Assembly: GCA_030141605.1 (NCBI GenBank)
Contig: JAQGDQ010001762.1
Coordinates: 1-26,414 of the forward strand
Source: Tubiluchus corallicola
Taxonomy: Eukaryota; Animalia; Priapulida
DNA: 26,414 bases
Direction of reading: 5' to 3'
Shown: piece after piece, positions 22,746 to 26,414 of the stretch
Layout: each line of letters opens with the position of its first letter
How positions within the stretch are numbered: the first letter of the stretch is position 1
Translations under genes and position numbers: made by a program
The notes under the pieces: model-generated
Databases searched by the model: none
The model's input: only the letters and a program-made list of their open reading frames with translations
What the model was told of the DNA's origin: nothing

Positions 22746-25150
22746 TCAACATTTTTTTTTCATTTTTGGGAAAACATTCTTGGACATAAATGTAAAATAA
22801 GCTTACTAACATAACAGGAGTGATATAAATGCTCATAAATCAGATTTTTGCAGAAATAAAATGCTGATTGCTAGTATAGAACCAAAGCCTACCTGATTAT
22901 TAGCCTTATTATCATCCTAGACTACAGGAGTTTTCTTACCTTCCAGCCGTTGTCTATAATTAGGCGTCCATTAATGTATTTTTGGAAAGATTATTTTCCC
23001 GAATGGCGGATCCTGCGTTTTATCACCCATTAGTAGAGGTCTCTTCATTGTAAGGGAAGTGCACAGGCGTACACGGAGGGGGTAACATAGGGCTGCGCGT
23101 TATTAATCCATTAGTTAACCTTTTATACGGTACAATGTGTGATTCGTGAAGCATGGGGCGTATTTACCAATAGGTAAGCCTAGTGCGTCAAATAAGAAAT
23201 TCTTATTCTCCTCGAAAAATTCAAACTATGACGTAGGTCATAGTTTGGTAAAGGTAAAAAAGTTTGGCTTTAAGGTAAAAATTAAAATTTCAAATTTGTT
23301 GCTGTGCTCGCACATGAGCTGTTGAACAAGTGCAGTGCATCACAAACTAACACATCTGAACTGAGTGGTACAGCACCTGTATTTTGTGCAATGCATTTCC
23401 GAAACGCAGGCGCTAGTGCCCGTCTAACTAGCGAATGGCGAATGCATGTAACAGCGAAGAACTAGTGGCGCGAACGTGAAATTGTGTTTGTGTGATAATA
23501 ATTCTTTCACGTAAGTCATTTTTGAAAAAACAGTTCGTTTCCTTTCAATATGTTACCCTGCAGAGTAGATTGTTTTGACCTACAGTTTAAGATGGCGTCT
23601 GGTTTTGGTTTAAGCATATATCCTCTGTCTAGCTATAATTGTTGTCATTTAAGCATAGCACTTGTGACACTAGACAGCAGACGTAAAGAAATTATGCAAA
23701 TAAGGAATTGGCATTTTTCACAAATAGTGGCAGAATTTTTAGTCGTTTTCTGCTACACAACCTGGAGTCGAACCCTAATCCCTTGGCACAAATCTATTTA
23801 CATTATATACCATGCAAGCAACCTGTAGCAGTGTAGATTTTGCTCTGCACTAACAAAGAATTCCAATAATAACTTCAGTATACATAGTATGTCTCCTTTC
23901 AATATTTTAGAGAGCAGATTGTTTTGACCTACAGTTTAAGAATGGATCCGATTTTGCCTTAACCTTACAGGATCTGCAGCAAAACTAAAGAGCGTAAATC
24001 AGTTATGGCATGTAAATGCAGTGCACACTTAATAACTATCTATTGTTCTCGGCTAATTATTAATTAATCAAATCTCGGGATAATGAAGAGCATTTGAGCA
24101 TCCTCATCCCACTGCTACTAACACCTGTTCACCTGCACGCTGTACAACATTCATTATTTAATCAGACAGCCATTAAGTCAATTTAATCAAATTAATGACA
24201 TTCATAATCGAAACATGCAGTCAGCTCAGTTTTCAGCTAGCCTCCTGCTACAAAAACCATACAGAGTGTCCCGAAAGAAAAAACAAGGCTCAAACAATTG
24301 CTAAAAGTACAGCAAGACCAGCATACATGGTTATACAGACGAGTGAGTGTGTAGTCTTACAGCTTGTATGATACGAAAGTCGAAATAATGACGTAAAAGT
24401 GCAGCATTGTTTTTATGTTATCATGACGTCATAAATTGTTTAAATTGACTGATTTTTAAAGCGTCAGCAGAGGAATCTTGTCAACTGTAAAATCAGAACG
24501 TCACTGGTTCTATGCTAAGCCAAATTCTTTTACTTATTGGCCTTCATTCAATTGAAGAATTTAGCTGCACATTATTGCTGGATTCCAAAGACAAGAGTTG
24601 CCTCTAACAGTTATAATACTATCCTATCCCACAATTCTCAAGTAACGTGATTTGAATCGAATTGACATATTTTTGGCAGCATTGAACATAAGTTCTTGTA
24701 CAGGACGTTCAAAAAAAACCAGTGCTCCAGACACATATGACAAAAGAACCCTGGATTTCTGAATTGTTACATTCGAAAGCTATTACATGTGTCTAAAAGC
24801 AGCACTGAACTTCACTAGTCTTTACAATAAACTACTAGAATTAGAATTCTAATTCTAACAGCGAAAACGTACTTGCAAGTAGAAAATGGCTAGTTCAGGC
24901 AAAGTAAACAATTTTAGAAAAAAAAACGAAAATTAAAAAAAGGAGAATGAGGACTAATAAGGAAGAGTCTTAATTGATAACCAGACAAATCAAAATTTTG
25001 CATTTTTATTCGGGGATTGTTTTACTTATTAACCAAAACAAAAATGAAAAGAATTAAAAGAGGTGAAAGAACGGAAACCGATAAGCAAAGAAAGACAAAC
25101 AACAAATAAACAAACACAAACACCCACACAAACAAAGAAACGCGAGCAGT

Positions 25151-25364
<214 letters not shown>

Positions 25365-26414
25365 TTCAAGCTTTTTCTTAAACTCACAAAGACTTCAATC
25401 CCGAATATTGTAATCCGCTTGCTCACATTTTATTACACGCAGCAAGGCATGTCTGTCAGGTGGGGACATAGTCAGTCCACAACTTTTAATATTGGAAATG
25501 GAGTACGCCAAGGTGGCAAGATGTCACCATTTCTTTTTAATTTTTATTTTAAAGATCTAAGTGTTAAGCTTTCATCCACCCAACTTGGTTGCAATGTGTC
25601 GAACATGGTTATGAACCACCTGATGTACGCTGACGATGTTTGTTTGTTAGCAACAACGATTACGGCCCTACAGCAACTACTAGACGTGTATAAATTGTAT
25701 GCTGAACAGTATGACATAAAAATTAATGTAGCTAAAACCAAACTTATGTCTGTTAATTCAAGCATCATGAGAAATTTTATGTTTGGTAACATCAAACTAG
25801 ATAATAAAGTTTTACGTACCTGTGATAATGAAAAATATTTGGGACATATTATTTCAAATGATAACCGAGATGACCTTGACATTATTAATCAAAGATCACT
25901 ATACTACTGTCGTACAAACCAACTTATTAGAAAATTCAGCTATTGTTCTGTTGATGTTAAAATATATCTATTTAATGCTTACTGTAATACATTCTATTGC
26001 ATGTCTACTTGGAGACATTTTAATAATGGTAATATCTTAAAACTTAAAATTGCGCACAATGTGTCAAAAAGATTATTTTTCGGATATGCATATGATTACA
26101 GTGCTCGTGAGATGAGTGTTGAAATTCGCGTGATGTATTTTGATGTATTACGTAGAAAATCTGTGTTAAGTTTAATGAAAAGATTTGATACTAGTGATAA
26201 TTTAATGTGCCAGAAAATTTTAGTAAGCGATGCCAAATTTACATCGCACATAAGACAGCAATGGTGGAGACTATTATTGTAATTTTCATGTTTAACTAAG
26301 TTTGTGTGTGATTTGTTTGTAGTGGTTTTTTGTTTTTATGATGTTGTATGTTGTATATATGTAATTTATATTATGAACTTATGTTTGAAATAAAGAATTA
26401 AATCAAAATCAAAT
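25365..26414 (+). mobile_element. 5'-truncated LINE (RTEX-like) with uninterrupted partial reverse transcriptase ORF (25368-26282) and 3' UTR
   Basis: The open frame from KLFLKLTKTSIPNIVIRLL contains the RT motifs GVRQGGKMSPFLFN, HLMYADD, KINVAKTK and KYLG, and ends WWRLLL* with no CCHC knuckle. The 3' end is GAAATAAAGAATTAAATCAAAATCAAAT at the window edge. Confidence 0.93.

Noticed and set aside
24261-24275. Tc1/mariner-like terminus TACAGAGTGTCCC
   Set aside because: No matching inverted terminus found in the window.
25544-26040. ORFs 25544-25882(-), 25822-26040(+) and 12204-12434(-)
   Set aside because: Alternate-frame or antisense shadows of the LINE RT ORFs.

Overview
AT-rich, repeat-dense eukaryotic (animal-like) genomic DNA; about a third of the window is tandem repeat by my rough sum, and almost all ORFs in the supplied track are artefacts of those repeats. 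The only host coding sequence I can support is a minus-strand exon (CDS 16280-15899) encoding the N-terminus and TM1 of an MFS monocarboxylate transporter (SLC16 family, PDGGWGW motif). It has a canonical acceptor at 16440-16439 and a donor at 15898-15897, so most of the window is probably intronic to this gene. The rest is transposon-derived. There are three 5'-truncated LINE copies (RTEX-like RT; two with target-site duplications) and four copies of one TTAA-type (Kolobok-like) non-autonomous DNA element, plus a second such element. A clean 361-bp solo LTR (18586-18946, TSD GTTAT) carries an hsp70-style promoter of clustered heat-shock elements just upstream of a TATA box. Two signals stand out: this putative heat-inducible LTR, and the repeated origin of minisatellites (61, 72 and 123 bp) inside or at the ends of unrelated transposons, alongside templated insertions and palindromes. 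I see no CRISPR, RNA gene or prokaryote-type system. All family assignments are by eye and need database confirmation.
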